29,671 nt of DNA from an uncultured Candidatus Saccharibacteria bacterium (GCA_903891235.1 CAITDW010000081.1:1-29671); one strand, 5' to 3'; shown: positions 1-9,622, counted from the first letter of the stretch. The notes: generated by a model not told the origin, from the sequence alone. A program made the numbers and translations.

Positions 1-177
1 ATACCAATATTTGGAACAGCCAAAGGCATGTTGGCTAGGTTTTAGTATTAAAAACATAAATAATGGTAGTGGTGTTATAACTCTGAGCTATTCAAATCCA
101 TTTTATATGCATGATCTATATACTAGCTTTTTTTCTATCATTATTAGAGAAAATAGTTATGCTTATATTGATGTCTC

Positions 178-228
178 GATATATAGATATATATAGATAT
201 ATAGATGTATATGTATCTATATATCTAT
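178..228. repeat. AT-rich ATATAGAT tandem repeats with a perfect 14-bp inverted repeat
   Basis: ATATAGAT occurs at 181-188, 191-198 and 199-206. Arm ATAGATATATAGAT (193-206) is the exact reverse complement of ATCTATATATCTAT (215-228), with an 8-nt spacer. Confidence 0.85.
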
Positions 229-236
229 TCTAAATC

Positions 237-245
237 TGATATAAT
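237..245 (+). promoter_or_regulatory. Extended -10 promoter (TGnTATAAT) for the first glycosyltransferase operon, probably leaderless
   Basis: TG-A-TATAAT at 237-245, 7 nt before ATG 253; no Shine-Dalgarno. Confidence 0.6.
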
Positions 246-252
246 CATCATA

Positions 253-2331
253 ATGATAGAGAAAATAAAATCCGAAAAATTTGTGGAGATGTTGACTACT
301 TCCAGTAGGCTCTCTAAGCAAATGGAACTCAATGCTGCTATTAAGCCTGAATTTATTAAAACATTACCTATCGATGAATCTGCAGATAGTGTCTACAAAA
401 AATACAGACTAAGATCTAGGATCAGGCAGTACAAAACCACAGCTTCTTATAAAAAAAACATATTAAAAAATAAGAAAAAAGTAATTAAGATTAGTATCAT
501 CATTAATGATGATTTAAATTTAATAGAAAATACCAATGAATGTCTTAGTTCGATTTTGGATAAGCCCTGTAAATTTGGTTATGAAATATTATATATGGGT
601 AAAAATCCTATAAAAAATTATGCTAATTTTGGAATCACATACATAAAAATAGATTCAGAAGGATTCAATAATGCTCATTTAAAGAGTGCTGTGAATAGTG
701 CTAAAGGTGAGTATATAGTTTTGATAAATTCAGACATGAGATTGTTGAATGGTTGCTTGGATGTCATGACAGACATACTTATTGATGATAATGGGATTGG
801 TGTCGTCTCTGGCAAGGCAATAAGAGAAGATGGTTTATTGGATGAGGCGGGATCTATTTTGTTTTCAGATGGAAGTTATAAAAAATTTGGTAGCCTAAAA
901 GACATCAACGACTATAAATATAACTACCGTAGAGATGTTGATTGTATTAGTTCATCTTGCTTGATCTTAAGAAAAGAAGATTTCTTGAAATTGAAAAATT
1001 TAGATTTGAAGCATAATTCAGTTGATTACTCAATATTGGATCTAGAGCTCAATATAAGATACTTTCTTGGTAAAAGAATGGTTTTTGATCCTCATGCACT
1101 GGTGGTAAAAAAGAATAGTCATATTTCAGGTGTTTTTAAAGAAGATAAGAATAGGTTCATGAAAAAATGGGATAAAGAGATAAAGCGAGATTATCACAGA
1201 GAAGGAAGTAGTGACTTATTAGCATCTAAATATGGCAAAAAGAAAAAACTTTTAATAGTTGATTCCATTGTTCCGGAGAGAGATCATGATGCCGGGAGTT
1301 TAAGAATGTACCAAATAATAAAGTCTGCGCTGGATCTACATTATGATGTTACTTTGTTTCCTGATAACCTTACAGCATCTCAGCCACATACTAGTGAACT
1401 ACAAAAAATGGGCGTTGAAGTTGTTTATGGTGGGAGTAGTAGTTTTGATAATTTTTATACAAACAGAATTAATTATTATAACGATATAATATTATCAAGG
1501 CCCAATGTTGCAATTAAGCACCTAATATATTGCAAATTATATCAACAAAACGCAAAATTGATTTATGATACTGTTGACCTTCATTATCTAAGAATAAGAC
1601 GACAGGCCGAAGAAGAAAATAATAATTCACTACTTAAAGAATCAAATGACTGGAAAAAACTTGAAACTTATCTAATATCGGAAACAGACGAGACTCTAGT
1701 TGTTAGCTATGAAGAGAAAAAACTTTTAAAATCATCCAAAATAAAAGCGGATGTATCGATATTAAGCGTCATCAACCCAAGGCCAAATAATTTACAAAAA
1801 AAAGAATATAGTCAAAGGGAAGGCCTTTTGTTTATGGGAGATTATAGTAGAGATCCTAATCGATCAGCTGTTGAATGGTTTGTTAAAGATATAATGCCAA
1901 TAATAAAAAAACAAATTCCAGATATTAAATTAACTTTAATTGGCAATAACCAAAAGTATATAGAAAGATTAGAAAGTCCAAATGTGCTAATCAAGGGGTT
2001 CGTTGAAGAAACAAACCCCTACTATGACAAAGCCAGGCTTTTTGTTTGCCCTTTGCTTTATGGAGCTGGTGTCAAGGGAAAAATTGCAGAGTCAATATCT
2101 TATGGGCTACCAGTAGTGAGTACTAGTATAGGAATAGAGGGAATGTATTTAAAAGATGGTGTTAGTTGTTTAGAGGCTAATTCTCCGGAAGATTTTGCTG
2201 CAAAGGTTGTTGAAGTTTACAATAACGAAAAGCTATGGAACAATATACGAGAAGGTGGACTTAAAATTTACGAAAAATATTTTTCAGAAGAGGCCGGAAG
2301 ACTTGCAGTGAAAGAAGCTTTAAGTGAATAA
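253..2331 (+). CDS. Two-domain glycosyltransferase (GT2-like N-terminal + GT4 C-terminal)
   Basis: GT2-like SAKGEYIVLINSD; GT4-type LLIVDSIVPERDHDAGSLRM and GAGVKGKIAESISYGLPVVST. Start moved from 205 to 253 because MYMYLYIY is the translated AT repeat and a -10 box precedes 253. Confidence 0.85.
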   Translation: MIEKIKSEKFVEMLTTSSRLSKQMELNAAIKPEFIKTLPIDESADSVYKKYRLRSRIRQYKTTASYKKNILKNKKKVIKISIIINDDLNLIENTNECLSSILDKPCKFGYEILYMGKNPIKNYANFGITYIKIDSEGFNNAHLKSAVNSAKGEYIVLINSDMRLLNGCLDVMTDILIDDNGIGVVSGKAIREDGLLDEAGSILFSDGSYKKFGSLKDINDYKYNYRRDVDCISSSCLILRKEDFLKLKNLDLKHNSVDYSILDLELNIRYFLGKRMVFDPHALVVKKNSHISGVFKEDKNRFMKKWDKEIKRDYHREGSSDLLASKYGKKKKLLIVDSIVPERDHDAGSLRMYQIIKSALDLHYDVTLFPDNLTASQPHTSELQKMGVEVVYGGSSSFDNFYTNRINYYNDIILSRPNVAIKHLIYCKLYQQNAKLIYDTVDLHYLRIRRQAEEENNNSLLKESNDWKKLETYLISETDETLVVSYEEKKLLKSSKIKADVSILSVINPRPNNLQKKEYSQREGLLFMGDYSRDPNRSAVEWFVKDIMPIIKKQIPDIKLTLIGNNQKYIERLESPNVLIKGFVEETNPYYDKARLFVCPLLYGAGVKGKIAESISYGLPVVSTSIGIEGMYLKDGVSCLEANSPEDFAAKVVEVYNNEKLWNNIREGGLKIYEKYFSEEAGRLAVKEALSE

Positions 2332-3304
2332 AAATAATGGTCAATTATTACCTTTTGTATCAATTATAGTTATTAACTGGAATGGAGAGAAATTTTTAAG
2401 AAATCTTCTTCCCATTCTAGAAAAACAAACTTATCCTAAAAACAAATACGAAATTGTTGTAGTAGATAATAATTCAACAAAAGATGATTCTATAAATTTT
2501 GTGAAATCTAATTTTCCAAAAATAAAGCTTATAGAAAATTCAAAAAATGATGGATTTGCAGGTGGATGTAATTTAGGTATAGTTAACTCTCAGGGCGATT
2601 ACTATTTACTAATAAACACTGATACAAAACCAAAAATAGACTGGCTTGAGGAGCTTGTAAAGTGCGCTCAGAGCAAAAAGAATACTGGAGCAGTTGTATC
2701 AAAACTATTATTTGATAAAGCTGGAAAGGAAAACATTATAAATAATGCCGGTTCAACGCTATTCCCAGACAGACAATGGCCTGTTGAGGAAATAGGCGCC
2801 AACAAACCAGACGGCCCAGAATTCAGTAAGCAGCGTGAGATTACCGCTCTTTGTGGCGCTAGTCTTTTGCTTAGCAAAGAGATGCTAAAAGATATAGGTA
2901 TATTTGATGAATCTTTTTTTATGTATTTCGAAGATACGGATCTTTCATGGAGAGGGCAAAATGCAGGATGGAAGTTTTATTATTGTCCTACTTCAATAGT
3001 TCTTCACGAGCACAGTGGGTCCAGCGTTGAGCATTCTGATTTTTGGACATTTTTTGTAACAAGAAATAGATTACTCATAATGTGGAAGCATGCAAAAGTT
3101 TTGCTCGCAACTAAGGTGTACCTTAACTTTATAAAAGAGTTTACTATTATGCCTTGTGTTAATTTAATAAGGAACAGGCATAAAAGACACCAACTACATA
3201 TGCTTAAGCTGGGGCTTGGGATTCATTTGTCTTTTTTGAAACACCTACCCATTGTAATAGCCAAAAGATTATCATTGATTAAGGATAGGAGTCTGGATAA
3301 ATGA
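2324..3304 (+). CDS. GT2 family glycosyltransferase (WbbL/RfbF rhamnosyltransferase-like)
   Basis: VSIIVINWN, VVVDNNS, GFAGGCNLG, LLINTD, CGASLL, FFMYFEDTDLSWR; overlaps the upstream stop by 8 nt. Confidence 0.9.
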   Translation: MNKNNGQLLPFVSIIVINWNGEKFLRNLLPILEKQTYPKNKYEIVVVDNNSTKDDSINFVKSNFPKIKLIENSKNDGFAGGCNLGIVNSQGDYYLLINTDTKPKIDWLEELVKCAQSKKNTGAVVSKLLFDKAGKENIINNAGSTLFPDRQWPVEEIGANKPDGPEFSKQREITALCGASLLLSKEMLKDIGIFDESFFMYFEDTDLSWRGQNAGWKFYYCPTSIVLHEHSGSSVEHSDFWTFFVTRNRLLIMWKHAKVLLATKVYLNFIKEFTIMPCVNLIRNRHKRHQLHMLKLGLGIHLSFLKHLPIVIAKRLSLIKDRSLDK

Positions 3305-4497
3305 AAGTAGTAATTCTTGACCCGTACTTTGAGACTCTTGGTGGCGGCGAAAAAGTTGTTTCTGTTATGGCTGAGCATCTTAGCCAGAAACATGAAGTAG
3401 TAATATTGGTTGACAATGAAATCAGTAAAGAAAAAGTTAATAAATATTTTGATGTTGATTTAACAAATGTTGATTTTGAATTGATACCAGATCATAACTT
3501 ATTTGTTAAATTCATTACATATCATAGATTTAGAGTTTTTGGGCGCTGGAAATCTCTGGTCTATGACTATAGTAGTTTAAAAATGTTGAAAAGAATAAAA
3601 GCAGATTTGTTTATTAATAATCTTTATCAAAGCAACTTACCTAGTCCAGCAAAAAAAAGTATCTATATGTGCATGTTTCCTCAAAAGATTAAACTTGAGG
3701 ATAGTAAAGCGTCAGTAGCTAGAAAAATTTATAATTTTATTACTAAAATCATTGAATCTATTTTGTTGGGTAGTAGAGAAAAAGCTCTTAAATCTTACAG
3801 TGTAGTAACTGCTAATTCAAAATATACCTCTTCTTGGATAAAAAACTACTGGGACATTAAATCATCGATTCTTTATCCTGTGTGTGATTATATGGGACCA
3901 CCATTAAAAAAAGAAAAAATTATCATGGGAGTTGGTAGATTTTTTGCAGATAATGGTTCTTCTCATCATAAAAGACATGACCTATTAATTAAGTCATTTA
4001 TAGAATTAGGTCATGACGACTGGGAATTGCATCTCTGTGGAAGTCTCGGTGAGGATAAGGATTCTAAAAATTATTTTAAGAAATTACAGAAATTATCGAT
4101 CGGTAAGTCTAATATTCATCTACATCCCAATAAGCCTTTTGATGACATCAAAGAACTTTACAAAAAAGCCTCTATCTTTTGGCACGCAACTGGTTTTGGG
4201 TATGATTCTGAAGAATTTCCTGAAAATCAAGAACACTTTGGTATAACAACAGTTGAAGCAATGTCTGCCGGCGTAGTCCCTGTCGTCTACGGTAGTGCGG
4301 GTCAAAAAGAAATAGTTACAAATGAAATTGATGGTTTGCTTTGGTTAGATATCGATGAGCTCAAAAAACAGACCTTAAAACTAATTAATAGCCCCTCGTT
4401 AACATCTCGATTACAAAAAAAATCTATATTAAGAGCAGTTGATTTTAGTAGAGAAAATTTTGTCTTAAATTTGAATAAGATTATAGATAGAATTTAG
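3301..4497 (+). CDS. GT4 family glycosyltransferase
   Basis: LGGGEKVV at the N-terminus, VGRF...HKRHD, EHFGITTVEAMSAGVVPV; ATGA overlap with the upstream gene. Confidence 0.9.
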   Translation: MKVVILDPYFETLGGGEKVVSVMAEHLSQKHEVVILVDNEISKEKVNKYFDVDLTNVDFELIPDHNLFVKFITYHRFRVFGRWKSLVYDYSSLKMLKRIKADLFINNLYQSNLPSPAKKSIYMCMFPQKIKLEDSKASVARKIYNFITKIIESILLGSREKALKSYSVVTANSKYTSSWIKNYWDIKSSILYPVCDYMGPPLKKEKIIMGVGRFFADNGSSHHKRHDLLIKSFIELGHDDWELHLCGSLGEDKDSKNYFKKLQKLSIGKSNIHLHPNKPFDDIKELYKKASIFWHATGFGYDSEEFPENQEHFGITTVEAMSAGVVPVVYGSAGQKEIVTNEIDGLLWLDIDELKKQTLKLINSPSLTSRLQKKSILRAVDFSRENFVLNLNKIIDRI

Positions 4498-4500
4498 TAT

Positions 4501-5403
4501 TTATTTTCTATTAATAATCTTTTTGGTCTTATTTAAAAGTTTCCAAGATCTAGAATTAAGAATTTTATTCAACTCATTCTCTTTTTTTAAATGAAGTTTT
4601 CTTTCTCGATCTAGTTCTTTGTCTATTTTTAAAAGATGTTCATTAAATTTTTTCTCAATATCAGTTATTTCTCTATTGATTGAGTCGATAGGGGTATTAG
4701 ACATTGGTTTGATATTTTTAACGAATTTTTTACTTGGAATGGCGGCTCCGATATATTGAAAGATAACTGATTCGGGGCTATAGATATATTTATCAAATTT
4801 TTCAGTGTATTCTAGTCCAATATTATTTAGCTCTTTTTTTAGAATATTTTTTGGAATATCACGCGTTGTGCAATCAGTTTTTTCTATTTTGTAACCTGAC
4901 CTTTCAAAGAGTTGATATATTTCTATCTTATCGTAATAATGAAGATGGGTTTTATCTAACAAACCCCAATCTGTGTACTCAAATCTACCTTTGAGTAGTT
5001 CAATTCTAACGAGGCCATTTGCCATGTTTGGTATAGAGAATATTATTTGTCCGGTTGGTTTTAGGAGTTTTTAAATTCTGACAAGAGCTTCTGCTGGATA
5101 TAATAAATGTTCGATTATATCCGCCATCACAATGTAGTCAAAAAGACCAAGGTCTTCTAGATTATCTTTTTCTATATTTTTAACAAAAGCTTGGTCTAGA
5201 TTATTCTTAGCGATTTGAATATCTTTTTGGTCAATATCAACTCCAACAACGTATGTATTTTTTTTAGTTCTTAGAGATTTTCCCAATTTTCCACTACTAC
5301 AACCGATATCTAGAATTCGGCTATTGGGCTCGATTAGATTATAAATTTTAGTCCAGGCATTATTTTCTTCGTTTGTAAAAACATTGTTTGTATAGAAAGA
5401 CAT
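4501..5403 (-). pseudogene. Class I SAM methyltransferase with C-terminal coiled coil (WbdD/WsaE-like glycan chain terminator), interrupted by one in-frame TAA at 5073-5071
   Basis: Track ORFs 5071-5403 and 4501-5025 share a frame. Reading through gives ...EHLLYPAEALVRI*KLLKPTGQIIFSIPNMANG...GLLDKTHLH. It has ILDIGCSSG (motif I) and MADIIEHL, and ends in a coiled coil plus LNSRSWK. The stop may be a sequencing error. Confidence 0.85.
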
Positions 5404-5411
5404 TGTATGTA

Positions 5412-5417
5412 ATTATA
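5412..5417 (-). promoter_or_regulatory. -10 box for the methyltransferase
   Basis: TATAAT on the minus strand, 8 nt before ATG 5403, in the 29-bp gap after wzt. Confidence 0.45.
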
Positions 5418-5432
5418 GGGTATTTGTTGAGT

Positions 5433-6620
5433 TTATGTAACTGCAAATTTAGGTATTTTTATTTGAGGATCAATAAGCCCCCCTGTACTACCTTCCTTGT
5501 TTACATTAAAGGTTGTTGCTTTGTTGAACCAATCATAGTATTCAACCAATGACTGATCACAAACAGCCAGCGTTAGATCATATTTACCATTTTTTAACAC
5601 GTTTTGAAAAGTCCATTCTATTTTTAATACTTGGTCTTTTTTCATAGGTTTCGTATCAAATTTTAATCGATGGGTATTTCCCTCTAGTATGTTTTTTCCA
5701 TCTGGACCTAATACTATAAATCCAATGACCGGTGCATCAACATTTTCGTTTGCTTTAAATTCAGCTGATATTATAATTTGCTCGTCTCCAACTACCACAT
5801 GAGAATGAGTTGTTTTTATTTTCTCAGTTCCCCATCGATCTTTTTTATCATCTTTATATTCTGTTTTGTCTTTATCTACTTCTAGCGCAAAAAGCTTCTG
5901 GTATTCTTGAGATATTTCTTCAGGATGTCCTTGGTAAACAATATTGCCTTCCTCTATCATGATTGCTCTGTCACAGTATTGTCGAATAGCTTCCATATCA
6001 TGAGTTACCAGAACTACTGTTTGATTTGTCCTTTTTAGGTGCATAAAATAGTTGAAGCATTTTCTTTGGAATGATGCATCCCCAACGGCTAATACCTCAT
6101 CTAGTACGAGAATGTCTGATTTAACTCTTGTTGCGATTGAAAAAGCTAGTCTAACCTGCATTCCTGATGAATAATTTTTTAATTTTTGATCCATAAATTT
6201 GTGAAGTTCAGCAAAATCTACTATGTCTTTATACATTGAGTGCATCTCTTTTCTGTTGAATCCAAGCAATGCTCCATTTAGATAAACATTTTCTCTTCCG
6301 GTTAAGTCAGGGCTAAATCCAACTCCAAGTTCTATGAATGGCGTTAATTTTCCGTTGACCTCAATAGTTCCTTGTGTTGGTTCGTAAATACCAGCTAGCA
6401 ATTTTAAAAGTGTGCTTTTACCACTACCGTTTCGTCCAACTATGCCTATGAATTCTCCTTTTTTTACATCAAAAGAAATGTTATTGAGGGCTTTTTGCAA
6501 ATCAAAGGACTTATTTCTCTTATAAAAATTAATTGCTAGGTTCTTTATTGAGCCACTTTTTTCGTGAGGTAGTTTAAATGTTTTACCAACACCCGAAACT
6601 CTTATTGCTATTTCATCCAT
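5433..6620 (-). CDS. wzt: Polysaccharide ABC exporter ATPase with C-terminal Wzt_C carbohydrate-binding domain
   Basis: Walker A GRNGSGKST, LGVGFSPDLTGREN, signature YSSGMQVRLAF, Walker B LVLDE, VTHD; about 150-aa beta-rich C-terminal extension ending ...STGGLID. Confidence 0.93.
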   Translation of the reverse strand: MDEIAIRVSGVGKTFKLPHEKSGSIKNLAINFYKRNKSFDLQKALNNISFDVKKGEFIGIVGRNGSGKSTLLKLLAGIYEPTQGTIEVNGKLTPFIELGVGFSPDLTGRENVYLNGALLGFNRKEMHSMYKDIVDFAELHKFMDQKLKNYSSGMQVRLAFSIATRVKSDILVLDEVLAVGDASFQRKCFNYFMHLKRTNQTVVLVTHDMEAIRQYCDRAIMIEEGNIVYQGHPEEISQEYQKLFALEVDKDKTEYKDDKKDRWGTEKIKTTHSHVVVGDEQIIISAEFKANENVDAPVIGFIVLGPDGKNILEGNTHRLKFDTKPMKKDQVLKIEWTFQNVLKNGKYDLTLAVCDQSLVEYYDWFNKATTFNVNKEGSTGGLIDPQIKIPKFAVT

Positions 6621-6622
6621 GA

Positions 6623-7423
6623 CTACACATCCTCCGCGAATGTTTTAGATTTAATGCGAAAATAGGTTATTCCTACTATAAAAGTCAGTATAACTATTGC
6701 AAAAGGTGCGAGTATTAGGAAAATATTGTTTGTTGAATTTGAAATAGTGTATGTGTCATGGCTAACTAGGGCATATCTTACTGCTTGAACGGTTTGGGTT
6801 AAAGGACTCATAAACAGAATGGTTTTTACAATGGGCCAGTGTATTTTAGATATTGGATATAGTATTGGTGTCAGATAAAAAAGAACCTGGCATATTACTT
6901 CCCAAATATAGCTAATATCTCTGTATTTTACGAAAGCAGCCGACAAAAAGAAAGCTAAACCTAAAGCAAAAATGTATAGTTCAAAAAGTAATAGTGGTAT
7001 CCACAAAATACTTATCATTGGACTAAGATGATTCAATATCATAAATATTGCGATTACGATTACGTTAATTAAGATATTAATTACACCTGATAAGCTAGTG
7101 GATATAATAATCATAGATCTGGGAATTTTAATTTTTCTAATAAGGTCGCCTCTAGCAACAATGGCACTTACCGATCCAGAGGTAATTTCCAAGAAAAAGT
7201 TCCAAGTAATTATTCCAACCAGCAAATAAACTGCACTGTGAGGAATACCGTAGTTTACGTGCAAAAATTTAATAAAAACTATATAAAGAATCGTAAATAA
7301 CAGAAGGGGTCGTAATAATGTCCAAGCGTAACCTAAAATCGAACCTTGGTAACGTAGCTTAAAATCTGTAGCTACAAGTTCACCAAGTAATGATCGGTTT
7401 TGTTTTGAAAATATGTGATTCAT
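6623..7423 (-). CDS. wzm: Polysaccharide ABC exporter permease
   Basis: DFKLRYQGSILGYAWTLLRPL, several TM segments, YRDISYIW, FYLTPILYP; directly upstream of wzt. Confidence 0.93.
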   Translation of the reverse strand: MNHIFSKQNRSLLGELVATDFKLRYQGSILGYAWTLLRPLLLFTILYIVFIKFLHVNYGIPHSAVYLLVGIITWNFFLEITSGSVSAIVARGDLIRKIKIPRSMIIISTSLSGVINILINVIVIAIFMILNHLSPMISILWIPLLLFELYIFALGLAFFLSAAFVKYRDISYIWEVICQVLFYLTPILYPISKIHWPIVKTILFMSPLTQTVQAVRYALVSHDTYTISNSTNNIFLILAPFAIVILTFIVGITYFRIKSKTFAEDV

Positions 7424-7441
7424 TAATCTATTGTATTATAG
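7424..7441. promoter_or_regulatory. Overlapping divergent -10 elements in an 18-bp gap between wzm and a GT2 gene
   Basis: Minus strand: TATAAT (7440-7435) and TACAAT (7435-7430, 6 nt before the wzm ATG). Plus strand: TATTAT (7434-7439), 8 nt before ATG 7448. Confidence 0.45.
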
Positions 7442-8476
7442 ATGAAGATGAATAATAAATCGACTACTAATACATGGGTTGTGGTGCCGAACTGGAATGG
7501 TCAAGAAAATATAGGTTCATGCATAGATTCTTTATTGGGTCAAACATTGGCAATCAATATTCTAGTGATAGATAATGGTTCATTAGATAATTCAAGGATC
7601 ATACTAGAAAGCTATGGTAATAAAATTAAGACTATCTACCTAAAAAAGAATTTTGGCTTTTCTGGTGGAGTAAATAAGGGCATAAATTATGCTTTAGATA
7701 ACAACGCTAAATTTATTGCTCTATTGAATAATGATGCGGTTGCAGAAAATAATTGGATTAATAGCTTAGTGTCTGGAATTAAGGATGATTCGGAGATTGG
7801 CATAATAACCTCTAAAATCCTTTCCTCTAATGGGGATATGATTGATAGTACTGGTGAGTTTTTGAGTAATTGGTGCCTGCCTTTTCCAAGAGGTAGACAC
7901 GAAAAAAATATAGATAAATATGATAAATTAAAGGTTGTTTTTGGAGCCTCGGGTGGAGCTACTTTGTATAGATCTTCATTATTCGATTCAGTCAGTTTAT
8001 TTGATGAAGATTTTTTTGCATATTATGAAGATGTAGATATTAGTTTTAGAACTCAGTTGAATGGTTGGAAAATAGCATATGAACCTAGTGCAATTGTTTA
8101 TCATAAGACAGGTGCTACAAGCTCTAAGATTCCTGGATTTACCACATATCAGACTATTAAAAACTTACCTTGGTTGTTTTGGAAGAATGTTCCCAAAAAA
8201 TATATTTTTACTATCGGGATAAGATTTTATACAGCTTATCTTTCATTCATTTTAAGTGCACTCCTTAGAGGACAAATAGTTTCAGTATTAAAAGGGTGTT
8301 TTGTTTCATTGGTATTATTGCCAAAAAAACTAGCCGAAAGACATCGAATACAATCAGGGGCTAAGGTTTCTCCAGAATATATTTGGAGCATCATGACTCA
8401 CGATTTACCACCTGATGCATTTAATTTAAAGAGATTAAGGATTTTTTATCGTAAACTAATGTTTAGGAATAAATAA
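7442..8476 (+). CDS. GT2 family glycosyltransferase (rhamnosyltransferase-like)
   Basis: VVVPNWNG, VIDNGS, NFGFSGGVN, LLNND, SGGATL, FFAYYEDVD; the true start may be 7448. Confidence 0.9.
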   Translation: MKMNNKSTTNTWVVVPNWNGQENIGSCIDSLLGQTLAINILVIDNGSLDNSRIILESYGNKIKTIYLKKNFGFSGGVNKGINYALDNNAKFIALLNNDAVAENNWINSLVSGIKDDSEIGIITSKILSSNGDMIDSTGEFLSNWCLPFPRGRHEKNIDKYDKLKVVFGASGGATLYRSSLFDSVSLFDEDFFAYYEDVDISFRTQLNGWKIAYEPSAIVYHKTGATSSKIPGFTTYQTIKNLPWLFWKNVPKKYIFTIGIRFYTAYLSFILSALLRGQIVSVLKGCFVSLVLLPKKLAERHRIQSGAKVSPEYIWSIMTHDLPPDAFNLKRLRIFYRKLMFRNK

Positions 8477-8477
8477 C

Positions 8478-9575
8478 ATGTCTAAAATATTAATAGATGC
8501 TAGAGAGCTAAGAACTACTACCGGTAGATACGTAGAGCGCTTACTTCATTATCTTCAGCAAGTGGATAAAAAGAATGAATACGTTATTCTTTTAAAACCT
8601 AAGGATATTGATGGTTGGATTCCAACTAATGAAAGATTTAAAGCAGTAACTTGTCCATATAAAGAGTTCACATTTAGAGAGCAAATAAGTTTGCTTAGAC
8701 AAATTAATGAAATTAAACCTGATCTTGTACATTTTGGAATGGTTCAGCAGCCCATTCTTTATAGGGGCAAGGTTGTAACCACAATGCATGACTTAACAAC
8801 GTTACGTTTTAGAAATCCTGCAAAAAATTGGATAGTTTTCAGCATTAAAAGATTTATATATATTTGGGTCAACAGGATAGTGGCTCATAAATCCCTAAGA
8901 ATCATAACTCCTAGTGAATATGTTAGAGAAGATGTTGCTAAATTCACAAGAATTAATATTCGCAAAATCATCACTACTTATGAGGCAGCAGAAAAAATTA
9001 CTAGTCCTACTGAACCAATCATTGATTTAGAAAATGAATCTTTTATTATGTATACAGGTCGGCCCTTGCCCCATAAGAACCTAGATCGATTAATTGAATC
9101 TTATTCGATTCTAAAAAAAGATAATAAATCCTTGAAGTTAGTTTTAGCTGGTAAGAAAAGTTTTTTATATAGGCAAATTGAAAAGAAGGTATTAGCTAGA
9201 GGCTTAGATGGGGTTATTTTTCCGGGTTATGTTAGTGAAGGTCAATTAAGATGGCTGTATGAAAATACCATTGCCTACATATTTCCTAGCCTTAGTGAGG
9301 GTTTTGGCTTACCTGGATTAGAGGCAATGGTTCATGGTGCGCCAGTTATTAGCAGTAGTTATACCTGTTTGCCTGAAATATATGGTAATGCGGCTGAGTA
9401 CTTTAATCCACTAGATGAAGAAGATATGGCAAAGGTCATTAATAAAGTAATAAAAAGTTCTGAACTAAGAAAAAAATTAATTAAAAAGGGCTTTGCTCAA
9501 GCTAAAAAATATTCTTGGCAGAAAATGGCAGAAGAAACTCTAGCTGTTTATGAAGACATTCTAGGTAGAGATTAG
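8478..9575 (+). CDS. GT4 family glycosyltransferase (mannosyltransferase-like)
   Basis: ILIDAR...TTGRY, VTTMHDL, PHKNL, FPSLSEGFGLPGLEAMVHGAPVISS, YSWQKMAEETL. Confidence 0.92.
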   Translation: MSKILIDARELRTTTGRYVERLLHYLQQVDKKNEYVILLKPKDIDGWIPTNERFKAVTCPYKEFTFREQISLLRQINEIKPDLVHFGMVQQPILYRGKVVTTMHDLTTLRFRNPAKNWIVFSIKRFIYIWVNRIVAHKSLRIITPSEYVREDVAKFTRINIRKIITTYEAAEKITSPTEPIIDLENESFIMYTGRPLPHKNLDRLIESYSILKKDNKSLKLVLAGKKSFLYRQIEKKVLARGLDGVIFPGYVSEGQLRWLYENTIAYIFPSLSEGFGLPGLEAMVHGAPVISSSYTCLPEIYGNAAEYFNPLDEEDMAKVINKVIKSSELRKKLIKKGFAQAKKYSWQKMAEETLAVYEDILGRD

Positions 9576-9622
9576 TTTCTGAATAGTGTTTATATTTGAT
9601 ATAGTATTTGTAAATAATTATC

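Noticed and set aside
2-196. Track ORF 11-196; the frame is open from the left edge
   Set aside because: It could be the 3' end of an upstream gene, but it has no recognisable motif and its end runs into the AT repeat, so it cannot be supported from this window.
205-252. N-terminal extension MYMYLYIYSKSDIIII of the first GT
   Set aside because: It is the translation of the AT repeat and promoter; ATG 253 fits the -10 box.
129-265. 15/16-bp inverted repeat (129-144 / 250-265)
   Set aside because: Almost all A/T, arms about 105 bp apart, and one arm is the GT start codon region; plausible by chance.
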